Positions 15,601 through 22,983 of a stretch of DNA of 31,825 nt are shown here, one piece after another. The notes beneath the pieces were generated by a model, which made no database searches, was not told where the DNA came from, and saw only the letters and a program-made list of their open reading frames with translations. The stretch comes from a virus (taxonomy: Duplodnaviria; Caudoviricetes), in the IMG/VR virus record IMGVR_UViG_3300020042_002633, positions 1 to 31,825 of that record; one strand, 5' to 3'. Position 1 is the stretch's first letter. Every line of letters starts with the position of its first letter. The position numbers were made by a program, and so were the translations under genes.

Positions 15601-18600
15601 TTGAGTCTTCTCACCGCCTTCACTGGTTTTAGCACCCTGCTTATCAAGATCCTTTTGAAGGCTCTTGACAACTTCCTCTTTAGCGCGAGAGAAAGCCAGA
15701 ATCATCCGCATGGACGATGCCATATTTTCAGCAGTTTCTTTGTCTACTTTGGTTTCCACTGTGTCATAAGACACTCCGGCAAAGGTACGTTCCCGGCGGA
15801 TGTACTGTCCCACCTTAGCAAGCATAGTTGCCACAGTCTGCTGCATGGGGATACCGCCATTCTTGATGGCATCAGAAAGGTCAGCTAACTTATCCACAGC
15901 CAGCTTCATGTCTGTGCTGGAGTACAAGTCCATCACATCGGGGCGCTTTGCGTAAGTGGCAGAAGAGAAGAAAGTGCCGTAAGCATTTTGGACTAAATTG
16001 CGTACAAAGGCAGCGCGTCCTTGAGCTAAACCTTTACCTTCTTTTTCTTTCTCACGCTGTTCTTTTGTACGAGCCTGGGTTTCGCCAGCGCCACCAGCAT
16101 TGTGGCTCTCGTCAAAGATCATGTAGTTGCCAGCACCAAACTGTTTGATAAAGTTTTGGCGCTCAGTTGTTTTACCTCTGACGGTTTGCAATTGGCTGTA
16201 GGTGGTAAAGATGACCTTAAAGTCCCCAAGATCTTCGTTTTCCTGCATCTCCCGCATCATTCCATCTAGCTTAGCGCCAGACTTGGGAGCTTTAAGGGTT
16301 AAATTGTTTTCAGTAATTTCCCCGTTGACCGTACGCAACAGTGTGTACGGAATGGATTCAGTACCATTGGTAATAAAGATCTTAGGTTTGGCTGTATCAA
16401 GGCCAAGCTCATCAGTCATGCCGATATCATCCAAGTCACGGATCATGTCCGAGTATAGGTTAGGCTTCTCTGTAACAAAGATTGGGATCTTGTCGTTGAT
16501 TAGGGCGTACTTAATCATGGCTGCAACAACGCGGCCTTTACCTACGCCGGTCTGGTCGCCAATGATGAAGCCCTTGCCTTCTTGGGCATTGCGGATAGCT
16601 AAAACCAAAGCATCAACTTGCTCAGCGGAAAAGTTCTCACGCAGGGTTTCTGGATCCATCTCCAAAGACTCAGCCACAAATTCATCTACATTGCCTACTT
16701 GGCTTTCAATACGGTCTATGGAGTCTTGTATAGACTGAGCCATAGCTCTTGGTGCAAGTGTGCCGACAGCCGTAGCGTTTGACTTTGGCGTGTAAGTAAC
16801 TTGAGAAGAAGTTTCCTCCTCTTCCCCAGCACGCGCCTTTAATCCAGATTCGACTCGTTCACCTGAGACAATGCTAACTCCACCCACTCCTCCAGGTTGA
16901 CCTCCTTCATCGCCTCTTTCGCCGGTTGGCTTTCCTCGTCCACCTTCACTGGGAACTGGTCTTTGATTTGTACCGAGTTCAGATACGTCAGCAGGTTTAG
17001 GTTTTCCTTCACCAGTGCGTTCCCCGCCTGGTTTGCGTTGTCCACTGGAGGTAGATCCATCCTCTGACACGCCTGATTTGCCATCTCCAGCGGGTTTTCC
17101 TCCTGCAGTACTAGGTTCATCACCCTGTCGCTTAGTGCCTCCACCCACTGTCCCTGGCTTAGTTCCCCCTTCGGTACTAACACTGCCGTCAACTCCGGTG
17201 GCGCTACCATCTCCGCTGGATACCATGCGATCATTTAGTTTCTCCTTCAGTTGTTCGTAAGATGTAAAGACTTGAGGCAGGTTTGAAGCAGGAAGATCCC
17301 GCTGAGATTTACCCCAGCCATTAATAACGATTACGTCTACAGGGTAAGTAGTTCCCTGTTTTGCATACAAGTTGCCACCCACGGTGAAATGGTCAACTAC
17401 GTTGTACATGTTGTACAGCTTGTAGTAGAAGTTACGCTTGGCATTGCCACGGTATCCTTCTCGCCGTCCTTCATCCGTATTGGATTGAACGCCGCCTAGG
17501 ATAAGTACAGCACGGCCATCTTCTTTAAGTGCGATTAAAGATGCAGATGCAATGTCGTGATCAATGTTGCTGATATCCCCAACTTTGCCAAAGGGAGGGT
17601 TCTCAATGACAACATCAAATGAGTTGTTCTCAACTTCATTGTTAAGCGCATTACCTTCAGTAACAGTACCGCCTTCCAAAATGCGCTGAAGCATCTGGAA
17701 GCGATCAGCATTCAACTCATTGGCTGTAACCTTGTTAGCGTTGGCGCCAATCGTCAGCATACCGTTGCCACCAGTTGGTTCGTACACCGTCGTTTTACCG
17801 GTGATGCCAGCCAGCTCAGAGGCTACATAAGCCAAAGGTGAAGGCGTGGAATAGGCTTGGTTAGCTACGCTCGTAGAAGAACGCACAGACAGGTTTGGCT
17901 GGCGTCCATATAGGTCTACCAGCTTGTCGTAGATCTGGCCGCTATTAAGGCCATCCTTGCGCCCCTGCTCGATAATGTTGCGCGAGGCAAGGACTACGCC
18001 TACCTCGATAGCTTCGTCGGCTTGTTTGGCTGACTCTGTACCTGCCTCAATCTTCTGGCCGGTCATCTCTGCAATGGCTTTACGTGCCTCAACAATGTTG
18101 ATAAAAGCTTTGCCACTGCCAAAGAGGTCTGCTATCTTTTGAGCAACAGCAAACTTGCCATCGGGCGTAGATAGATCGGCTTGTACGGTAGCTTCCGTAG
18201 GAGCGTTAACTTCGTACTTCTCAACTACATCTGCAACGTCCATGTCTTGGACTAACGTCTCAGCGCGAGGGTCATAGCGTATAGCCATGTACCAGGATTT
18301 CAGGAACGGCTTAACACCATCACCCAGGTCATCAACCATTGCTTTGGCGTAAGCAGCGAATGTGCGTGCGCCCTTTTCAATGTGATAGCCAGCCAATGTA
18401 AGACCGGCCATCTGTATCTCAGGGTCAAAGCCACCGCTATACAGTTTTTTGCCAATCTTCTCACGCAGGATTTTGCGTGCTTTTTCAGCAGCATCTTCAG
18501 TAAAGATAGTGTTTTGACCTACTACCGGAGCAGATGGCGTTACTACCGGAGCGCCCAAAACTCCTTTCAAGAAATTGTTTGGTGATTGCTCTCGCTTGGT

Positions 18601-21378
18601 TTTAAGATCCTCGTTAACCATCGCACCAAGCTCTTGCTCAGCCTCTAAAAATTGATTAGCGTCAGCATTTTTGTACTCACGTTCTACCCGCTTGCGCGTA
18701 TTTGCATAACGTACAAATTGACCTCTCAATTCGCTATCGGCTTTTTTTAGATCTTGCAAAGCTTTTGGAAACCGGGAATCAATATTCTGCAGATTGATGC
18801 CCAAGTCCGCTGCTTGCTTGACGTAAGCATTGGATTGTTGGAGGACTGAGTTGGTAACTTCCGGGGAAACAGCTAAACCCGATTGATCTTCATATTTACC
18901 CTGGTACAAGTCAGCCAAAGTGCGATATACCGGGGCAATAGGAGGGTTTGTGCCCTTCTGGGCACCTTTAATTAATTGATCCTCTGCAATTATCCTGGGG
19001 CCGTACTCTTCCCAGAACTTTACATTTTCCTCATTAAAACCTTTGCTTGCCCCGTTTTCAACCATACGAGCGTTCTCATCCAAACCAGCATTTTTTAGCT
19101 GCTGAATGACTGCATCTACGCGTGGGCGTAATGGGTTTACTGAAGCTGCTGGCGCTTGTTGCGTAAGCTCATCCAACCGATTCTCTAGGAAGTCACGCTG
19201 AGCCATTGAGATGCTGGTATCACTCAACAAAGCTTTAGTGCGGGCAATTTCTTGCTCCGGTGTCTCCGCTAATTTTGGTGGCTTTACTGTGGCTGGAGGC
19301 GTTGCCGGGGCTGGAGGTTTAGGCAACACTTGCTCTATAAGCTGTGTAGACGGAACTTGCGCGTCTGGGGCTGCGGGCGCTTGTTTGCCAATAACAATGT
19401 ATTCTGGCCCATTGGTCGTTGTAAATATCACGCCGTCGTGACCAGCATCGCGTGCGGCATTCACCAAATCAGGCATAGTTGCTGACTGCGGAAGACCAAG
19501 TTTTTTCTTAGCGTCTACCCACGTTTGGGTTTGCAATGGATTGCTAAATGAATGAATTTCTTCTGATACCGTGCCATTTGTCCCTGCGTAATCTGCCGCA
19601 ACTTTTTTATTGGGCGACATAAACAATGCGCCACCTACAGTATCACGCCCCTCTTGGCCTTGGGGAACTCCTCTATAAAGCGTTACGCCGGTTGTGGGCG
19701 CTTGTTGTTCTTGCGGCGCTGCTTGCTGGGCTTGAGGGGCTTCATTGACACTAGGGACTCCTTGAGGTGAAACAATCTTTGGCTCGTCAACTAAGACAGG
19801 TGTCGTAGATGGAACTGCGACAGGTGTCTTAGTTAGAGTTGGTTTTCCAAGAATAGCATTTGCCTCATCTAGCAATGCTTGTTGGTCTTGCGATGCAATA
19901 GTTGCGTTTGCCTCATCAATCAATGCCTGTTGGTCTTGCGTTTGAATTGCAGGGGTGACTGGAGGTGCGAGCGAGGCTATGCCTCCTGCTGGCTCTGCTG
20001 CAAGAGAGATAGGAGGGATTGGCGTAGTAAGTGCAGCTATACCAGCAGGAGCGGGTGGAGTAGGTGCATTTGGATCTTGGGCAATTGCCTGCTCACCAGG
20101 TTCTATGTTGCGATTAGTACCAGCTTGGAATCCGCGATCTGGCTGCATAGCACGGATTGCTTGCTGGTTACCAACATTTGTATTTATGCTGCTACCCTTA
20201 ACTGATTCATTCATCAGGTCGGCAAATACCCGAGCGCGCTGTTCTTGTGGTGTTTCATTAACACGCACGCCGCTCACTGCTCCAGGGCCTACACCACCCA
20301 ACGCTCCAAGAATAAGGTTGGCGGCAGAGTCTTCGCCAATTTCTTTGGTAGGCAAGACGCTGGCAATGCCAATATCTGAAGCAACACCCTCAGCCGTTTC
20401 TTGTGCAGCTTGCTCCCCAGCGCTAATAGCTCCACCAGCAACAGTTCTTCCAAGCCCAGTTTTAGCAACTTTTTTTAGGGTGTTGTTAAAGGCACCAGTG
20501 ACTAAGCTACCGGTAAACCTATCGCCAAACGTAGCAACCAAGCCTTGCAACACCGCTCCAGACTCAGCAGCTTTTTTGATTGTTAACTCTCGCGCCTCTT
20601 TGGGTGTAGCGCCTCCAGCAACCATCTGTGCATAAAATGGGCTTTGCTCAAGCAGCTGCTTATTAGATAGCTTGCCAAACTCTTCTGCCGCATTTTGCCC
20701 AGCTTCGCTGGATGCCATAGAGCCGCCAACAAGTCCACCAGCGGTAGGGCTTTTTGTTATTATTGCCGTAGCAATAACAGGAACCATTGATCCAAATACG
20801 TTTGCTACTTGTAGCGCATAACCCATTGCAGTTGGGTTCTTTCCAAATTCCACTTCACCTTTAAAGATGTTGCCAGTAATTTTGGATTCTTCTAAAGCTT
20901 GCTTACCCCTATCGGACAAACTTTCATAAATACTTTTTTGTACGTTGCTTCCAATATCCGCAAGATACTTTGTACCAGGGATAGATGGCATAGCAGCAAC
21001 TGTGCGTTGAGCGCCAAGTTTTCTGCGTGCTTTTTGGGCATCAGTTTCAGGGCCAAACAATGCTTCTTCTGTATCAACTCCAGGCGAATACACTGAAGCA
21101 GGCATAACTGCACTTGGCTCACCTTCTAACGACTGGCGAGCTAATCCCTTAGCAGCAAGCTCAGCCCCATAAGGAGCTTGAAGAACACCAGAAATTGCTG
21201 GAGATACTGTTTGCTTCAGTAGATCAAGTATTCCAGAGCCAATGGTATACGGCGCTTGTTCTGGCGGTTGTGGTGGAAGCTTAAAAGGATTATCTATTAA
21301 CTCAAAACCTTCTGGTAAATTTGTTTCTTTCTTATCAAACGGAGACGCAATAATTTCAAATCCAGATGGTAATGCCAT
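9631..21378 (-). CDS. Large polyvalent virion protein (DarB-like): ART-like, N6-adenine MTase, strawberry-notch SF2 helicase, HExxH metallopeptidase, LPD38-like
   Basis: TLYRG/FMSP/NPL/GHDGVI/EYIV (about 19390-19685); YSTP, EPTGGNG, NPPFG (about 17300-17880); GDQTGVGKG, DESH, SAT, GSTGLSLHA, QMLGRVHRTGQ (about 14870-16600); HEITH...EYWA (about 12600-12850); NKDAFGRPI and YTGGVG near the C-terminus. Confidence 0.9.
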   Translation of the reverse strand: MALPSGFEIIASPFDKKETNLPEGFELIDNPFKLPPQPPEQAPYTIGSGILDLLKQTVSPAISGVLQAPYGAELAAKGLARQSLEGEPSAVMPASVYSPGVDTEEALFGPETDAQKARRKLGAQRTVAAMPSIPGTKYLADIGSNVQKSIYESLSDRGKQALEESKITGNIFKGEVEFGKNPTAMGYALQVANVFGSMVPVIATAIITKSPTAGGLVGGSMASSEAGQNAAEEFGKLSNKQLLEQSPFYAQMVAGGATPKEARELTIKKAAESGAVLQGLVATFGDRFTGSLVTGAFNNTLKKVAKTGLGRTVAGGAISAGEQAAQETAEGVASDIGIASVLPTKEIGEDSAANLILGALGGVGPGAVSGVRVNETPQEQRARVFADLMNESVKGSSINTNVGNQQAIRAMQPDRGFQAGTNRNIEPGEQAIAQDPNAPTPPAPAGIAALTTPIPPISLAAEPAGGIASLAPPVTPAIQTQDQQALIDEANATIASQDQQALLDEANAILGKPTLTKTPVAVPSTTPVLVDEPKIVSPQGVPSVNEAPQAQQAAPQEQQAPTTGVTLYRGVPQGQEGRDTVGGALFMSPNKKVAADYAGTNGTVSEEIHSFSNPLQTQTWVDAKKKLGLPQSATMPDLVNAARDAGHDGVIFTTTNGPEYIVIGKQAPAAPDAQVPSTQLIEQVLPKPPAPATPPATVKPPKLAETPEQEIARTKALLSDTSISMAQRDFLENRLDELTQQAPAASVNPLRPRVDAVIQQLKNAGLDENARMVENGASKGFNEENVKFWEEYGPRIIAEDQLIKGAQKGTNPPIAPVYRTLADLYQGKYEDQSGLAVSPEVTNSVLQQSNAYVKQAADLGINLQNIDSRFPKALQDLKKADSELRGQFVRYANTRKRVEREYKNADANQFLEAEQELGAMVNEDLKTKREQSPNNFLKGVLGAPVVTPSAPVVGQNTIFTEDAAEKARKILREKIGKKLYSGGFDPEIQMAGLTLAGYHIEKGARTFAAYAKAMVDDLGDGVKPFLKSWYMAIRYDPRAETLVQDMDVADVVEKYEVNAPTEATVQADLSTPDGKFAVAQKIADLFGSGKAFINIVEARKAIAEMTGQKIEAGTESAKQADEAIEVGVVLASRNIIEQGRKDGLNSGQIYDKLVDLYGRQPNLSVRSSTSVANQAYSTPSPLAYVASELAGITGKTTVYEPTGGNGMLTIGANANKVTANELNADRFQMLQRILEGGTVTEGNALNNEVENNSFDVVIENPPFGKVGDISNIDHDIASASLIALKEDGRAVLILGGVQSNTDEGRREGYRGNAKRNFYYKLYNMYNVVDHFTVGGNLYAKQGTTYPVDVIVINGWGKSQRDLPASNLPQVFTSYEQLKEKLNDRMVSSGDGSATGVDGSVSTEGGTKPGTVGGGTKRQGDEPSTAGGKPAGDGKSGVSEDGSTSSGQRKPGGERTGEGKPKPADVSELGTNQRPVPSEGGRGKPTGERGDEGGQPGGVGGVSIVSGERVESGLKARAGEEEETSSQVTYTPKSNATAVGTLAPRAMAQSIQDSIDRIESQVGNVDEFVAESLEMDPETLRENFSAEQVDALVLAIRNAQEGKGFIIGDQTGVGKGRVVAAMIKYALINDKIPIFVTEKPNLYSDMIRDLDDIGMTDELGLDTAKPKIFITNGTESIPYTLLRTVNGEITENNLTLKAPKSGAKLDGMMREMQENEDLGDFKVIFTTYSQLQTVRGKTTERQNFIKQFGAGNYMIFDESHNAGGAGETQARTKEQREKEKEGKGLAQGRAAFVRNLVQNAYGTFFSSATYAKRPDVMDLYSSTDMKLAVDKLADLSDAIKNGGIPMQQTVATMLAKVGQYIRRERTFAGVSYDTVETKVDKETAENMASSMRMILAFSRAKEEVVKSLQKDLDKQGAKTSEGGEKTQLQSANFGSIMHNLIDQMLLSLKVQNSVNHAIERLKAGEKVVMTVSNTMGSFLQSYAEEMGIATGDPVNLSFADLYQRYLEKQRIIKIKKPGGVAEEYRLTDDDLGKTLTEQFNAIQEFIDEAGFGSAPISPIDYLHNELNKAGYKTEEITGRTLTLNYSSGKPLLTSRSANIKQRVNAVKNFNKGTVDVIILNQAGSTGLSLHASNKVKDQRKRHMIIVQPEKNIDTHMQMLGRVHRTGQVMPPAYSQMMADIPAEMRPAAVLLKKMASLNANTTGSRKSAVSAEGAVDFMNDYGGQVAQEYLRDNPEVYEDIGGKRIVELMDDPTEATENDIRRLTGYIPILPIKQQEEVYKDLIERYNELVAREESMGTNKLESKASDLDAFTMSSEAITEDKGTQSDFGKPAYMEKVDVKRTVKPFSQNEVKEQVKDNLDGKTVSEFGKNLFQGLNERVREYIDERVGAVIGEDTVKADTINSQISAQASHVRSVIEAFPIGSGISIKNTNGVFIYGAITNITNSKKTKNPVAGSDWKMQIALANGDAKTITLSFSQIGSSYTLKRENEINWLNPETVKGEYIQLMDLFDKGATVRREKRWMVTGNILAGYAAVNNMGQIMSYTKDDGTTGQGILMPRTFDFEKTKKDAPVKLKSVNDATNFFESFGNGTVITEDSNLRIVKRGNAYDFFTASSKKLGGNYFLDKGLTRIIGDFYQAGSVMKVTYVGSGDMERAVQYLLVDKGVTLIAANNKEEARKLFAPKPFTPPMVNINDGPISQRLNLDENRFMDRAELIRQFQSLRQKRTGLINKFAKGEAGLNEQEAISSLNKTADELSALIKATKPERRSAKNFFADATKAWDASEINDDVYSAIQTLYQRHPKVLEGLQFSVRMNADNPGASGQFFALPRIVRLYKGTVGTSDPVTIRHEITHSLEQMMSPEAAQSIVKDWKEKLSAAIKKEKSLKAQGYFRAVLDFFEDPNEESFKRAIRLLPNYSYYQYLNPSEYWAVNAEKLMARKLGSGWDRFVLSAKGLLEALKDMFGFDNQSAIHKAFSQVMNGTTDRNTNKVLNDYVLQESFSLLNQNVRRNYKGGAAPLATWQAASESKIDYWLYRLQDKHVDTKRVVEAITNEVGRIEDAWDPYLQEELFHGRTAKQTTDFLKNELRPFLKKMVDMGVKLQDFEEYLHNRHAETRNEFIALRNPEMPDGGSGIFTQEARDYMKSLSKETKDKYDELAKTADKFVKETQELLVSSGLDKQETIDGWRKNLPFYVPLNRDPDELDYVNATSGMGQGFAVKGPSGKLAIGSLKTVTDIFGNIALQRERAIVRAEKARVGRAIYALAITNPNPNFWMAINPDAIKNKKKLVAELIGLGISPTDANNIIQEPKTGRIDKTTGLVKYEVNAALRNSANVFPVRINGEDRFVFFNPGNPNAKRMVESLKNLDVQQMDEALSTVAEVTRFIAAASTQYNPVFGAFNFVRDIQGAAINLSSTPIADRKLQVVNDATKKAGLVPRTIFRALNGKSATSPEMQGWMDLFEQFQQAGGQTGFRDQFSKGKGKETIVARELGTLDRGTAKKWAYFVFDQLSAYNDALENAVRLAAFKAALDEGLSVDRAASLAKNITVNFNRKGANTASIGALYAFFNASVQGTARLIETLFTKDANGKMRLSPTGKKIVAGGMLIGVAQTAFLAMAGFGPDEPPEWIKSKNFIFPTGDGKYIAVPMPLGLNVFPNIGRVVSEYMMVQSGAMKGKRDLKKTVTYVGAAIFTAFNPLGSSTFAQTLAPTAVDPFVAVAENKDAFGRPISKEAIALSPTPGYMRSRDSANGLSQAIAYGLNYITGGGEKDIGLVSPTADQLSYITAQYTGGVGKLGIQTYEYAKSKIVGEDVQAYQVPVVGKVYGDINAPAAIAGKFYDNVIEMSRHENIIRDMKGKGVAEYIKENPAAQLRHRANYVENEVSRLKKEKKALIEKNSPDAQVKRKDERIKEIMEAFNRDVIKRQ
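16839..17234 (-). CDS. Candidate nested (+1 frame) acidic protein, 131 aa
   Basis: AAGGAG-N7-ATG, globular composition, and an extent that coincides with the low-complexity linker between the MTase and helicase domains. Confidence 0.65.
   Translation of the reverse strand: MIAWYPAEMVAPPELTAVLVPKGELSQGQWVEALSDRVMNLVLQEENPLEMANQACQRMDLPPVDNANQAGNALVKENLNLLTYLNSVQIKDQFPVKVDEESQPAKEAMKEVNLEEWVELALSQVNESNLD
19683..19751 (-). CDS. Candidate nested (+1 frame) basic peptide MSMKPLKPSKQRRKNNKRPQPA
   Basis: AAGGAG (19763-19758)-N6-GTG, with an in-frame ATG at 19745. The stop falls at the start of the ART-like domain. Confidence 0.4.
   Translation of the reverse strand: MSMKPLKPSKQRRKNNKRPQPA
19789..19833. 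repeat. Two tandem copies of the 5002-5021 palindrome
   Basis: 19789-19808 matches 5001-5020 at 19/20, and 19810-19833 matches 4998-5021 at 22/24. Confidence 0.85.
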
Positions 21379-21381
21379 TGA

Positions 21382-22974
21382 TTATCTCCCGCCAGTAAGT
21401 GTTCGATTAACAGGTTTATGAGTTGCAAAATTATCATAGGAGACAATTACCTGCCCAGTTACTTTATCTTGAGCATATTTAGGCGTCCCACTTGCATCGG
21501 GTAAATTAAGCTCTGGATGTTCTGCAATAATTTGTTTCCTATATTGATCTATTTTATCCATGATAATATTATATTCTTCGCTATTAACTGGAATAGGATT
21601 GTCTCTATCTCTAAGTTTTGCTTGAAGTATTTCAATGCGAGGATCTCTATCTAATGCATCATACATTTTCCCGCGAGCTTTTACGGCTCTATCGTCGGTT
21701 CTGTTTTCTTTCATTAGCTTCAACTGTTCAGCTTGATTTGCGGCTGATGTAGCTCTACCACTTGCTTGGTCAGCATAGTTTTGTTTGGTAGCCGCAAGCT
21801 GCGCCGCTTGATTGGCTTCACTTGCCGCGTAATGTTTTCTGGTAATGTCCTGGCTTTCTCTCTTAATGCCAAGATCAATACCGTTATTAGCGGCTGTAGT
21901 TTGAATTGATTCAATCTTAGCTTCACGCTCTGCAACAGCCTTGTTATAGTTCATTATCCCGTTAACATCGTTAGTTGCGTAGGCGCGTTGTAAGCTCTCA
22001 ACATCATTCTGTAGCTTAGCCGATTCAACTTGGTATTGACGCTGCAAAGCCTGTTGCGCCTCATCTCGCTTAACAGATTCCTCGGTGTACCTTCCGTAGT
22101 TCTTGCCAAACCCTCCAAGAGCCTCCCCCAGAGCCATACCCTTATGGCCGCGTGTAGCTTCTCCGGCAGCGATCAAGGCATTAGACAATCCAGCAAGGCC
22201 AAGGCGCCCTTCGTTTGCTTTAAACTTTTCTTGTCCAGCTGCGTTTTGCTTATCCAGTTGCTCAATCAACTTGGTGAGCGATGCTCCTGGAAGTGAGTTC
22301 AAAATGGGAGCTAGTTCGGGGCGTTGCTTGATAGCTTCTGCCTTAGCTTCGGCTGGACTCATTACCGGCTGGATGTTTGTCTGACCAGCAACCTGTCGTC
22401 TCAACACTGCCTCTGAAGCATCACTAAGACTAAGGGGAGCTGGAGTAGGTGGCCCTTGCATACGGTTAGACATGAGAGCCGTAGCCTCATCTTCACCAGC
22501 ATCTTCTTCCTCGATGAGCTCACCACCTGGGCCCATAACCAACTTGCCTTTAGCAAAAGCAACTATACCGCCGGGTGCATAGTTGAACATATTATCAGGA
22601 ATAGGAAGCCCAGCCAATCCACCACCGGCCATACCTTGTGGCTGTTGAGGCATCTGTGGGCCTGGAGGCATTCCTTGGGGCTGCTGAGGCTGTGCTCCAG
22701 GGAGCTGAGCTATCCCCTGCGGGCCTTGTAACATTGGAGCGCCCTGAGGAGCTTGAGGCATATCTTGTGGAGGCTGCTGACCTACCTCGGCCTCCAGCTG
22801 ATCTTTAACAGACTGGGTTGGCGGTTGGGCAGCGCGCTGCTCCATAGACTTGCGGCGGTTTAACTCGCTCAGCGCCATGTAGGGAGGAACTTCTGGGTTG
22901 CTGCCATTGGCATAGCCCATGATTGCCTGAGTAGGAAGATCCTTCAGGTTTTCTTGAATTTGTACAAGATTCAT
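21382..22974 (-). CDS. Probable internal virion/ejection protein
   Basis: P/Q-rich segment, MAGGGLA and YAPGGIVAF motifs, long A/Q helices; lies in the virion module. Confidence 0.7.
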   Translation of the reverse strand: MNLVQIQENLKDLPTQAIMGYANGSNPEVPPYMALSELNRRKSMEQRAAQPPTQSVKDQLEAEVGQQPPQDMPQAPQGAPMLQGPQGIAQLPGAQPQQPQGMPPGPQMPQQPQGMAGGGLAGLPIPDNMFNYAPGGIVAFAKGKLVMGPGGELIEEEDAGEDEATALMSNRMQGPPTPAPLSLSDASEAVLRRQVAGQTNIQPVMSPAEAKAEAIKQRPELAPILNSLPGASLTKLIEQLDKQNAAGQEKFKANEGRLGLAGLSNALIAAGEATRGHKGMALGEALGGFGKNYGRYTEESVKRDEAQQALQRQYQVESAKLQNDVESLQRAYATNDVNGIMNYNKAVAEREAKIESIQTTAANNGIDLGIKRESQDITRKHYAASEANQAAQLAATKQNYADQASGRATSAANQAEQLKLMKENRTDDRAVKARGKMYDALDRDPRIEILQAKLRDRDNPIPVNSEEYNIIMDKIDQYRKQIIAEHPELNLPDASGTPKYAQDKVTGQVIVSYDNFATHKPVNRTLTGGR

Positions 22975-22983
22975 TTTCTTTCC

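Noticed and set aside
17225-17250. Programmed +1 frameshift from the giant frame into the nested ORF
   Set aside because: There is no slippery run or in-frame stop at the junction. The SD-to-ATG spacing fits independent initiation better.
10406-21122. Other alternative-frame ORFs within the giant gene (e.g. 11111-11782 +, 11712-11924 -, 14328-14534 -, 16202-16738 +, 18300-18494 -, 19955-20635 +, 20892-21122 -)
   Set aside because: I saw no convincing SD for them, their composition is typical of shadow frames, and most overlap well-formed main-frame sequence, unlike the two nested candidates reported.
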